Part shown: in pieces, positions 40,512 to 52,140 of the stretch | How the letters are laid out: each line of letters starts with the position of its first letter | How positions within the stretch are numbered: position 1 is the stretch's first letter | DNA from: Desulfurococcales archaeon | GTDB taxonomy: Archaea > Thermoproteota > Thermoprotei_A > Sulfolobales > Desulfurococcaceae | Length of the DNA: 52,140 nt | Direction of reading: 5' to 3' | Assembly (NCBI GenBank): GCA_027064845.1 | Contig: JAMOPC010000159.1 | Span: 1 to 52,140, forward strand | Made by a program: the position numbers and the translations under genes | The notes under the pieces: model-generated | The model's database searches: none | What the model was told of the DNA's origin: nothing | What the model saw: only the letters and a program-made list of their open reading frames with translations

Positions 40512-41021
40512 TTAGCTACTTGTTTCTTCTTGGAGTTTCTTGAATGGACTTGTGGGCGCATAATCAACTAATTCTTCTTCTTCACGAGACACAATGTATC
40601 CAGGAGAAGTAACTCTTCTACCTGCTATTGCTATGTGTCCGTGAACTATTAGTTGTCTAGCTTGATGTATCGTGCGTGCAAGACCTTTCTTATATACTAT
40701 GGTTTGTAGTCTTCTCTCTAGGAGATCTTCTACTGTTAGGCTGAGTACGTCTTCGAGGGTAGCGTTTTCGGGCAATAATCCCATATTGTATAGTTTCCTA
40801 AGCATCGCTTTTTCTACTTTTTCACGTATTTCTTTTGGAGCAGCTAATAGTGAGCGGGCTTGGTGCCTGAATTTCCTAATAATTGTCTGGGCTCTCCATA
40901 ATTCACGCTTATTTCTCAGTCCATAAGTACCTAGGAGTTTTAGTTCTTGGATTAGGACTTCTTTTCTCCATGGATGTTTAGGTCCTTCCCACTTCTTCCT
41001 GGGTTTCTTCGGGTCACCCAT
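40512..41021 (-). CDS. rps4: 30S ribosomal protein S4
   Basis: [34 protein letters not shown]. Confidence 0.98.
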   Translation of the reverse strand: MGDPKKPRKKWEGPKHPWRKEVLIQELKLLGTYGLRNKRELWRAQTIIRKFRHQARSLLAAPKEIREKVEKAMLRKLYNMGLLPENATLEDVLSLTVEDLLERRLQTIVYKKGLARTIHQARQLIVHGHIAIAGRRVTSPGYIVSREEEELVDYAPTSPFKKLQEETSS

Positions 41022-41043
41022 CCTTATTCACCCCTCTTTAGGA

Positions 41044-41499
41044 TTATCTTCTCTTCTTCCTTACACCAACGGTTAATCCTAGTCTTCCAGTTGTGCGTGT
41101 ACGCTGTCCTCTTACCTTTAATCCGAGTGCATGACGTATACCGCGCCAGCTCTTAATCTTCTTTTCTCTCTCAATATCTTGTTTCACATAATATATTAGC
41201 TCTGCACCAATTAAGTGCATGTCCTTTCCGGTGGTGTAGTCTTTTCTTCTATTTAGAACCCATCTAGGTATGCCATAGTTTAAGGGATTCGCTAGTAAGT
41301 CTTCTATTTTCTTAATCTCTTCTTCTGTTAAGTAGCCAATTCTCATTTCTGGATCTATTCCAAGTCTTCTACATATTCCATAGGCTAGGTTGACTCCAAC
41401 ACCCTTGATCTCCGCTAATCCATAAGCAGTTTTCAAGCTACCATCAATATCTGTGCCAGCTATACGTACGATATATTTAAACGTCCTGCTAGTGCTCAA
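41044..41499 (-). CDS. rps13: 30S ribosomal protein S13
   Basis: IKGVG, NRRKD, WRGIRH..GLKVRGQRT. Confidence 0.98.
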   Translation of the reverse strand: MSTSRTFKYIVRIAGTDIDGSLKTAYGLAEIKGVGVNLAYGICRRLGIDPEMRIGYLTEEEIKKIEDLLANPLNYGIPRWVLNRRKDYTTGKDMHLIGAELIYYVKQDIEREKKIKSWRGIRHALGLKVRGQRTRTTGRLGLTVGVRKKRR

Positions 41500-41608
41500 A
41501 ACTATGACATCACCCTATGTATTCTCTGTAAGCAAATTATTTTACTCCTCTACCAATACGATAAAAATTTCCTATTATAAGTTTATCTCATAATTGTAGT
41601 TGTTGGGT

Positions 41609-41667
41609 TCAGGAGGGGCGAAAAGCTTCATCTCCTTATGGATCGTTTCCCTAAAGCGCTTCATCAT
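41609..41667 (-). ncRNA. Box C/D guide sRNA, probably targeting the 16S rRNA central domain
   Basis: Minus strand: C ATGATGA - AGCGCTTTAGGGAA - D' ACGA - TCCATAAGGAG - C' ATGAAG - CTTTTCGCCCCTC - D CTGA. Confidence 0.8.
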
Positions 41668-41749
41668 CTCCCATGAAATAGTTATTAATAGCTATATATA
41701 TCCTAAACTTTTGAATGATAAGTTCTAAACTCGTATATGGTGTACGGAA

Positions 41750-42040
41750 ATGTTTGGAATAAATCCTCTCCTATTAACACGTAAAGAAGAGTTATCTAAA
41801 GAAGAACTAGCAGAAGCTATTAGGATAGCAATTATAGCAGAATTAGACGCTATTAACTTCTATGAACAACTCGCTAGATCAGTGAAAGATGAAAAAATAA
41901 AGAAAGTATTCCTAGACATAGCTAGAGAGGAAAAAACACATTTCGGCGAGTTCTTGACACTCCTTGAAATGCTTGATAAAGAACAAGTATCAGAGCTTAA
42001 GAAAGGACAAGAAGAAGTAGAAGAACTCATGGGTAAATAA
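41750..42040 (+). CDS. Ferritin-like protein, encapsulin-cargo (EncFtn/Flp) type
   Basis: IIAELDAINFYEQ...DIAREEKTHFGEF...EQVSELKKG; two-helix half-ferritin resembling the Pyrococcus Flp domain. Confidence 0.85.
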   Translation: MFGINPLLLTRKEELSKEELAEAIRIAIIAELDAINFYEQLARSVKDEKIKKVFLDIAREEKTHFGEFLTLLEMLDKEQVSELKKGQEEVEELMGK

Positions 42041-42057
42041 ACAAGTTTTTATATGGG

Positions 42058-42146
42058 TGGCGCCGGGGGCGGGATTCGAACCCGCGCGCCCCGTATGGGG
42101 CACTGGCTCTCCAGGCCAGCCCCTTAGGCCGCTCGGGCACCCCGGC
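42058..42146 (-). tRNA. tRNA-Ser(GGA), no intron, CCA encoded
   Basis: GCCGGGG acceptor, CTGGC-CTGGAGA-GCCAG anticodon arm, long variable arm, GTTCGAATC, ends GCCA. Confidence 0.96.
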
Positions 42147-42303
42147 ACGTAGAAATGCTATATTTTAGTATTTTTGTTTGGTGTTATATTGGTTATTCTC
42201 CAAGGAATACTGACTCCCTCAGCTGGTGTATTTAGGTAAGAAGATCTCATTCATAAATAATATAGTTCAAGTAAGTGAATTCTAGGAGTTATTATAGAAA
42301 ATT

Positions 42304-42624
42304 TTAGAGCTCTATCTCCATCCATATTTCTGGTGGTACTCTTACTCTGATTAATTGTTTCATTACTCTCTCATCAGCTGCTATGTATAATAGTCTCTTG
42401 TGGATTCTCATTTCCCATTTTTCCCATTTCTTTTTGCCTTCACCATGTGGGAGCTTAAGTGTTCTAACAACTAGTCTCTTTGTCGGTAATGGTATGGGTC
42501 CTGACATTTTCACGCCTGTTCTTTTAACAATATCTGTTATCTTGCTTATGAACTCATTAAGTATGTTTATATTTGTGCTCCAGATCTTTATTTTTACCAT
42601 TCTCGGTGAAGACATTTTCATCAA
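42304..42624 (-). CDS. rps10: 30S ribosomal protein S10
   Basis: SGPIPLPT, WEMRIHKRL; exact start uncertain. Confidence 0.96.
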   Translation of the reverse strand: MMKMSSPRMVKIKIWSTNINILNEFISKITDIVKRTGVKMSGPIPLPTKRLVVRTLKLPHGEGKKKWEKWEMRIHKRLLYIAADERVMKQLIRVRVPPEIWMEIEL

Positions 42625-42736
42625 TGCCTCGTTTACTTTTTCCTCGGTTCTTTCTGTGAGGTGATTAATAGTTTAAGGGGTTGAAAAACTTATTTTCTTT
42701 ATTGAATAGGGGTTTGTGTAAAAATCTATGGTGTGA

Positions 42737-44053
42737 TTACTTTGCCTTTATCTCTATTTTCATAGGCTTGACGTCTACTACTACTCCGATTCCTATGGTC
42801 TTACCCATGTCTCTCATAGCGAATCTTCCTAGTGGTGGGAACTCGCTGTACTTTTCGACTACTAATGGTTTAATTGGCTTGAATCTTACTATTGCAGCGT
42901 CACCCATCTTGATGAACTGTGGGTTCTGTTCAACTACTTTGCCTGTTCTTGGGTCTAGTTTGGCCTGGATTTCTACTATTCTGCATGCTACGCTTGCTGT
43001 GTGTATGTGTACTACTGGTGTGTATCCTACTGTTATTGCTGTTGGGTGCCATATGATGAATACTCTAGCAGTGAATTCTTCAGCTACTGTTGGTGGGTGA
43101 TCTAGGTGTCCTGCGACGTCTCCACGTCTAATGTCTCTCTTAGATATGCCTCTTACGTTGAATCCTATGTTGTCACCGGGTTCTGCTTTCTCTATTCTTA
43201 CGTGGTGTGTCTCGATGCTTCTTACTTCTCCTACCTTGGCTGGTGGCATGAATACTACTTTGTCGCCTACTTTTAGAACACCTGTTTCTACTCTTCCTAC
43301 TGGTACTGTACCAACTCCTGATATAGCGTATACGTCTTGTATTGGTATGCGTAATGGCTTGTCAACTGGTTTCGGCGGTGGTTCTAGCATGTCTAGTGCT
43401 TCTACTAGTGTTGGTCCATCATACCATGGCATGTTAGGTGATCTCTCGATTAGGTTGTCTCCAGTCCATGCTGATACTGGGATGAATGGTATCTTTGATA
43501 TATCGTATCCTAGGCTCTTCAAGAACTTTCCTAGGATAGTCTTGATTTGTTCGTATCTCTTCTGACTCCACGGAGGCTCTGTTGCATCCATCTTGTTTAC
43601 TGCTACGATTAACTGGTTAATACCCATGGTTTTTGCTAGGATTGCGTGCTCACGTGTTTGTCCTTCTGGGCTCATTCCTGCTTCGAATTCTCCCTTTCTA
43701 GCACTTACTACTAGTAATGCTGCGTCAGCTTGGCTGGCTCCAGTGATCATGTTTTTGATGAAGTCTCTGTGTCCGGGGGCGTCAATGATTGTGAATATGT
43801 ATCTTCTTGTCTCGAATTTCATGTAGGTTAATGCAATTGTTACTCCTCTTTCACGCTCTTCTTTGAGTTTGTCGAGTAGCCACGCAAACTTGAAGCTCTC
43901 TTTTCCTCTCTTCTTCGCTTCTTCCTCTAGTGTTTGTAGTGTTTTCTGGTCTACTAGTCCGAGCCTGTACAATATGTGTCCTACTAGTGTACTCTTACCG
44001 TGGTCTACGTGTCCAATCACTACTAGGTTAAGGTGTGGTTTTTCAGAGCTCAT
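42737..44053 (-). CDS. tuf: Elongation factor 1-alpha
   Basis: GHVDHGKST, DAPGHRDF, NKMD, GRFAMRDMG. Confidence 0.98.
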   Translation of the reverse strand: MSSEKPHLNLVVIGHVDHGKSTLVGHILYRLGLVDQKTLQTLEEEAKKRGKESFKFAWLLDKLKEERERGVTIALTYMKFETRRYIFTIIDAPGHRDFIKNMITGASQADAALLVVSARKGEFEAGMSPEGQTREHAILAKTMGINQLIVAVNKMDATEPPWSQKRYEQIKTILGKFLKSLGYDISKIPFIPVSAWTGDNLIERSPNMPWYDGPTLVEALDMLEPPPKPVDKPLRIPIQDVYAISGVGTVPVGRVETGVLKVGDKVVFMPPAKVGEVRSIETHHVRIEKAEPGDNIGFNVRGISKRDIRRGDVAGHLDHPPTVAEEFTARVFIIWHPTAITVGYTPVVHIHTASVACRIVEIQAKLDPRTGKVVEQNPQFIKMGDAAIVRFKPIKPLVVEKYSEFPPLGRFAMRDMGKTIGIGVVVDVKPMKIEIKAK

Positions 44054-44284
44054 TTTTCTCTACCTCCCAGGGATACATGTTCTGTAATCAACTAGATATG
44101 TATCTACCGTATTTATATTAATTCGTGTCGTTTGCTAGAATAGTAATTTTATACAAGTATTTATAAAGCTATCCGATAATCGGTGGGAAGAATAAATAGA
44201 TTCTGCTTATCCATAAATACAAGTATATATGTGTAATTCCATGTATTGATGACGAATAATTTTGTCTTCTGTGATAAAAACTCT

Positions 44285-44878
44285 TTATCTGCTGCTTAGG
44301 GCTATTCTTTCTATTTCTTCTTTCCTTTGTATAGCATAGCTTCTTGGGTCATTGTTAGCGGCTAAGATTATTTCTTCAGCTAAAGCCTCCTCGATCGGAA
44401 GCGGGTTATTGAATGCCTTATTCCTTGCTCCTTCTGTTAAGTGTTTTAATGCTAAATCGACTCTTCTCTGTGGAGCAATATCTACTGCAACATGATATAC
44501 TATACCACCGTACATGATTCTGGTTGTTTCTTCTCTAGGAGCAGCATTTTCTATTGCTCTAACAAGAACTTGAATAGGATTCTCGCCTGTCTTCAAGTAA
44601 ATGAGGTCAAATGCTTTCTTGACAATATTGTATGCTAAGTGTTTTTTACCCATGTTCCTGCCGGGTCTCATAACTTTATTTATTAATCTTTCAACAATTG
44701 GGACTTCTGCTTTACCAAATCTGCGGTGTTCGTGTCTTCCACCAGTATGTGGTAAGAACACCGGTTTTAAACATATATATCTTTTAAGGCCTGGGTCTCT
44801 AACTACTATGTTATCATAACTCCATTTACCGAATAATTTTATTTCAGTAACTTTCACAACTACGCTTTCATCAACCAC
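44285..44878 (-). CDS. rps7: 30S ribosomal protein S7
   Basis: [27 protein letters not shown]. Confidence 0.98.
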   Translation of the reverse strand: MVDESVVVKVTEIKLFGKWSYDNIVVRDPGLKRYICLKPVFLPHTGGRHEHRRFGKAEVPIVERLINKVMRPGRNMGKKHLAYNIVKKAFDLIYLKTGENPIQVLVRAIENAAPREETTRIMYGGIVYHVAVDIAPQRRVDLALKHLTEGARNKAFNNPLPIEEALAEEIILAANNDPRSYAIQRKEEIERIALSSR

Positions 44879-45066
44879 TATGCATCACCATTATTCTCTG
44901 CATAACCAAAACTATTAAGTCCCCCTTAAAACTCTTACGTAGTATGTGGTTAATAATTGTACGTTATAGGATGTATTGTAAAAGGTAAATTAAGGTGTTT
45001 TGGTCAATACGATATACGTAAAAACTTGTCTTGACTATTTGAAACATAGTAGGGGATGTAATCAAG

Positions 45067-45597
45067 TTGGAAGAACTCTTACTTGTTGAGGAAGTTGTTG
45101 CGGAAATAATTCCTGGAGAATTCATTTATACTAGGATAAGGTTTAGGCTCGAGGATGGAAGATACTTCTACCTCTACAATATTCCATTCGATATAGCAAT
45201 AGCTCTTAAGAAAATGAATGGAGAGGAAATAGAAGATGATAGAGAAAGATTAATGGATATATTGATGAGCATGCCTGAAGTCTTAGAGATTCTCGGTAGG
45301 CATTTGAAACGTGTAATAATAAATGATATTGACTATAAGACGGGAGCATATAGTGCTATAGCTGAGTTTAGTGATGGAAATATGTATGTTAGGAGAAAAA
45401 TGGTTCCTAGCCATGCTGTTTTCTTAGCTAAGCTTGTTAATAAACCGATTTATGTTAGAAGTGAATTAGTTGATCAGCAGGAAGAGTTCCGAGGGTATAG
45501 AATATTGGAGGATGAATATGATACAAGGTATGAACGATACGATGAACAAAGCGATGAATTCGCAGAAGATGAGTATGAAATAGATGATTTTATCTAA
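45067..45597 (+). CDS. Bifunctional nuclease-like (DUF151) protein with acidic tail
   Basis: 'VIIND....YSA...[10 protein letters not shown]....PIYV' matches the DUF151 pattern. Confidence 0.65.
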   Translation: MEELLLVEEVVAEIIPGEFIYTRIRFRLEDGRYFYLYNIPFDIAIALKKMNGEEIEDDRERLMDILMSMPEVLEILGRHLKRVIINDIDYKTGAYSAIAEFSDGNMYVRRKMVPSHAVFLAKLVNKPIYVRSELVDQQEEFRGYRILEDEYDTRYERYDEQSDEFAEDEYEIDDFI

Positions 45598-46033
45598 CAG
45601 GTTTCTGTTTCTTCCCTAGATATAGTGCTTTTAAGGAAACTCCATTAACCATTATTACTTTATATCTAACTCCCGGAATGTCACCCATAGATCTTCCTCT
45701 AGGCCCTCCTATACCTTCAATGATTACTTCATCGTGTTCATCAATATAGTTTATTCCACCGTCAAATGGAACAAAAGCTGTTACTACTTTACCGTTCTTA
45801 GCAAGTTGTACTCTTACACATTTTCGTACAGCTGAGTTTGGCTGTCTTGCTTCCACACCAACTTTTTCCAGGACAATCCCTCTAGCCATTGGCGCTCCTT
45901 CTAATGGATCGTGTTTCTTCTTTAACCCTAGCATTTTTATCTTGAATTCTCTCTGACTCCACCTAAACTTTAACCTCTTTTTTCTCAACTTTCTAGCAGC
46001 AAATAATCCATTGGGTGCTTTTTTACCAGCCAT
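45590..46033 (-). CDS. rps12: 30S ribosomal protein S12
   Basis: [25 protein letters not shown]. Confidence 0.98.
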   Translation of the reverse strand: MAGKKAPNGLFAARKLRKKRLKFRWSQREFKIKMLGLKKKHDPLEGAPMARGIVLEKVGVEARQPNSAVRKCVRVQLAKNGKVVTAFVPFDGGINYIDEHDEVIIEGIGGPRGRSMGDIPGVRYKVIMVNGVSLKALYLGKKQKPVR

Positions 46034-46111
46034 TCCATATCATCCCGATTCTGTTTGTCTTTGAACCTACTAATCGAATTTCTTACTCCTCTTTAAAAAC
46101 TTACCTAGTAT

Positions 46112-46561
46112 TTAAGCTATTATTACAGCATCTATATCAAAGTATCTCTTAAGTATTAGTTTTGCTCGCGAAACGTTTTTGCCTCCCTTACCAATAGCTA
46201 TTCCTTTATCACTTGGTTCAACACTTACATAAACAACTTTTTTGCCTCCTGGCCTGTTTGCTACTCTTACTTCTCTAACTCTTGCCGGGGTTAACGCATA
46301 TCTTACCTGGTCTTCTAAGTTATCACTATAACCCACTATCTCGATATTCTTTCCTAGGATCTTTCTTAGTTTCTGTACATAAAGTCCTCGAGGACCAACA
46401 GCTTTCCCTACTTCGTCAGGGTTTACTAAGAAAATTATTCTCTCGTTTTCATCATCAACGATACAGTCTCTTACATGTACTCCTGTTAGCTCATGTAGTA
46501 ATGCCATGTATCGGAACTCTTCTGGTGTTAGCTTTATTGAGCGATTACTTCTCTTGCTCAC
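46112..46561 (-). CDS. nusA: Archaeal NusA (two KH domains)
   Basis: GKAVGPRG and GIAIGKGGKNV KH loops. Confidence 0.95.
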   Translation of the reverse strand: MSKRSNRSIKLTPEEFRYMALLHELTGVHVRDCIVDDENERIIFLVNPDEVGKAVGPRGLYVQKLRKILGKNIEIVGYSDNLEDQVRYALTPARVREVRVANRPGGKKVVYVSVEPSDKGIAIGKGGKNVSRAKLILKRYFDIDAVIIA

Positions 46562-46881
46562 TCACTCTCCTCCTCCATAACTATGTCTAAAATATTTGAT
46601 TGTCCGGGATCAACTATGGCCATTGCGGCTACGCTGAATGGTTTTCCAGCAAGTGTTCCTAATTCTATATTTGTTCCAGGGAACTTATATACTGGGATGT
46701 TTGAGAGCTTTGCATAGTATTCTATATCTCTCTTGAGTTCTGGTGGCGCGTTTGCAGCTATTACTACTAGTTTAGCTTTTCCATGTAGTACTAGTTTTAG
46801 TGTTTTCTTGCTTCCCAAGACTACTTCTCCTGTTTTTATAGCCATTTGTAAAGCGCGTACGAAGTCTATTGTTGAGACCAT
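46558..46881 (-). CDS. rpl30e: 50S ribosomal protein L30e
   Basis: KTGEVVLG, ELGTLAGKPF, DPGQS. Confidence 0.97.
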   Translation of the reverse strand: MVSTIDFVRALQMAIKTGEVVLGSKKTLKLVLHGKAKLVVIAANAPPELKRDIEYYAKLSNIPVYKFPGTNIELGTLAGKPFSVAAMAIVDPGQSNILDIVMEEESE

Positions 46882-46887
46882 TTCTTA

Positions 46888-50786
<3,899 letters not shown>

Positions 50787-50797
50787 GGGTGAGCACC

Positions 50798-52140
50798 TTA
50801 GATCATTTTTCTGATATCTTCTAGTCTTAGGCGTGGCATAATGCACATGCTCATTAGTTCTTGTATGAGGAGCTTGAAAGCATAAGATACTTCTACTGGT
50901 TTAAGCTTGCCCTTGTCTTTGTGTATTGGGCACATATATTTTCCTCTTATCCTGTCATAGTATCCTATGTGTCCACAGATTTCGCACACGTATATTATTG
51001 TTCTATCGCTTTTATCCAGCATTTGTTCCTTGAGAAGCAGTGATGCACCGTGACCTACTAGACAGTCTACCTCCATTTCTCCGAATCTTAGTCCTCCTTC
51101 TTTTGCACGTCCTTCTGTTGGTTGTCTTGTGAGTATTTGTACGGGTCCTCTTGCACGTGCGTGGATCTTATCTGCTACCATGTGGTGTAGTTTCTGATAG
51201 TATACTATTCCTATGAATATCGGTGCTTGTAGTATCTCACCTGTTCTACCATCATACATTGTCTCCATACCGTTCATTGGGTATCCGTGTCTCTTGAGCA
51301 TTATCATGAGGTTCTCAATGGGTTCTTTATGGAATGGTGTAGCATCTACAAATCTGCCTTCTAAAGCTGCTGCTTTACCAGCTATGCTTTCAATTAATTG
51401 TCCAACAGTCATTCTTGATGGGAAAGCATGTGGGTTAATGATTAGGTCTGGGACTATTCCTTCCTCGGTGAAGGGCATGTTGTACTGGGGTACAAGTAAG
51501 CCTATTACTCCTTTCTGCCCGTGTCTTGAAGCAAACTTGTCTCCGAGTTCTGGTATTCTTAGGTCTCTTACTCTGACTTTTACGAGTCTGTTTCCATCAC
51601 CATCTGTTGTAAGCATTACTACATCTACTACTCCTTTTTCTCCGTGACGTGTTACTACACTTGCATCTTGTCTAGTAATGCCTGCTCCCACAGCGTATTC
51701 TTGTGCGGTCATGAATCTGGGCGGGCTCACTTTTCCAATGAGTACGTCTCCTCCTTTCACGGGGGTTTCAGGTGCTACTATTCCATCCTCGTCTAGTTTT
51801 TCGTATGCTTTCGGTCCACGGTATCCTCGTACGTTGCTTGATGGTATTGTTATTTTATCTTCTTGTCCTCCTGGGTACCTGTACTCTACTGTGGAGTATA
51901 GTCTGAAGAATGTACTTCTCGCTAATCCTCTATCAACGCTGCTCTTGTTCATTATGAGAGCGTCTTCTATGTTGTATCCAGTGAAGCTCATAACGGCTAC
52001 TACCATGTTCTGTCCAGCTGGTCTCTCGTTGTAACCGTTTACTTCCATAGCTCTTGTTTGTACTAAGGGTTTTTGTGGGTAGTGTAGTAGGTGTCCGCGT
52101 GTATCCATTCTTCTCTGGAAGTTTGCGGCATAGAGTCCTA
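50798..52140 (-). CDS. rpoB: RNA polymerase subunit B (3' part; frame stays open to the window edge)
   Basis: [28 protein letters not shown]-terminal Zn ribbon. Confidence 0.98.
   Translation of the reverse strand, partial: GLYAANFQRRMDTRGHLLHYPQKPLVQTRAMEVNGYNERPAGQNMVVAVMSFTGYNIEDALIMNKSSVDRGLARSTFFRLYSTVEYRYPGGQEDKITIPSSNVRGYRGPKAYEKLDEDGIVAPETPVKGGDVLIGKVSPPRFMTAQEYAVGAGITRQDASVVTRHGEKGVVDVVMLTTDGDGNRLVKVRVRDLRIPELGDKFASRHGQKGVIGLLVPQYNMPFTEEGIVPDLIINPHAFPSRMTVGQLIESIAGKAAALEGRFVDATPFHKEPIENLMIMLKRHGYPMNGMETMYDGRTGEILQAPIFIGIVYYQKLHHMVADKIHARARGPVQILTRQPTEGRAKEGGLRFGEMEVDCLVGHGASLLLKEQMLDKSDRTIIYVCEICGHIGYYDRIRGKYMCPIHKDKGKLKPVEVSYAFKLLIQELMSMCIMPRLRLEDIRKMI

Noticed and set aside
42205..42255. 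ATGAATGA...CTGA on the minus strand upstream of tRNA-Ser
   Set aside because: Box spacing does not fit a two-guide sRNA and there is no recognisable internal C'/D'
44246..44275. TTGATGA followed by a CTGTGA-like sequence
   Set aside because: No proper D box or second guide; AT-rich

Overview
Core-genome window of a hyperthermophilic crenarchaeon. Protein sequences and gene order suggest Desulfurococcales, Staphylothermus-like; this is recognised from sequence, not searched. It is dominated by translation and transcription genes: rpoB (partial)-A'-A''-L30e-nusA-S12-S7-EF1a-S10, S13-S4-S11-rpoD-L18e-L13-S9-rpoN-S2, gltX-L7Ae-S28e-L24e-ndk-aIF5B-S6e-aIF2g-rpoE-spt4-S24e-S27ae-KEOPS-S15-S3Ae, L15e-RNase P and PolB1. 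It has four tRNA genes, three of them with 37/38 introns. I see no mobile element, CRISPR array or defence system. Signals not explained by the ORF track: (1) four intergenic box C/D guide sRNAs, two of which appear to use both guides on neighbouring 16S rRNA segments; (2) an RNase P Pop5 subunit with an N-terminal transmembrane helix and coiled coil; (3) a divergent pair of GT-C glycosyltransferases next to a PIG-L deacetylase; (4) a very divergent TrmY-like SPOUT protein; (5) structured ribosomal-protein leaders (S6e, L7Ae); (6) a stand-alone encapsulin-cargo-type ferritin. rRNA target matches come from recalled consensus sequences and need confirmation.
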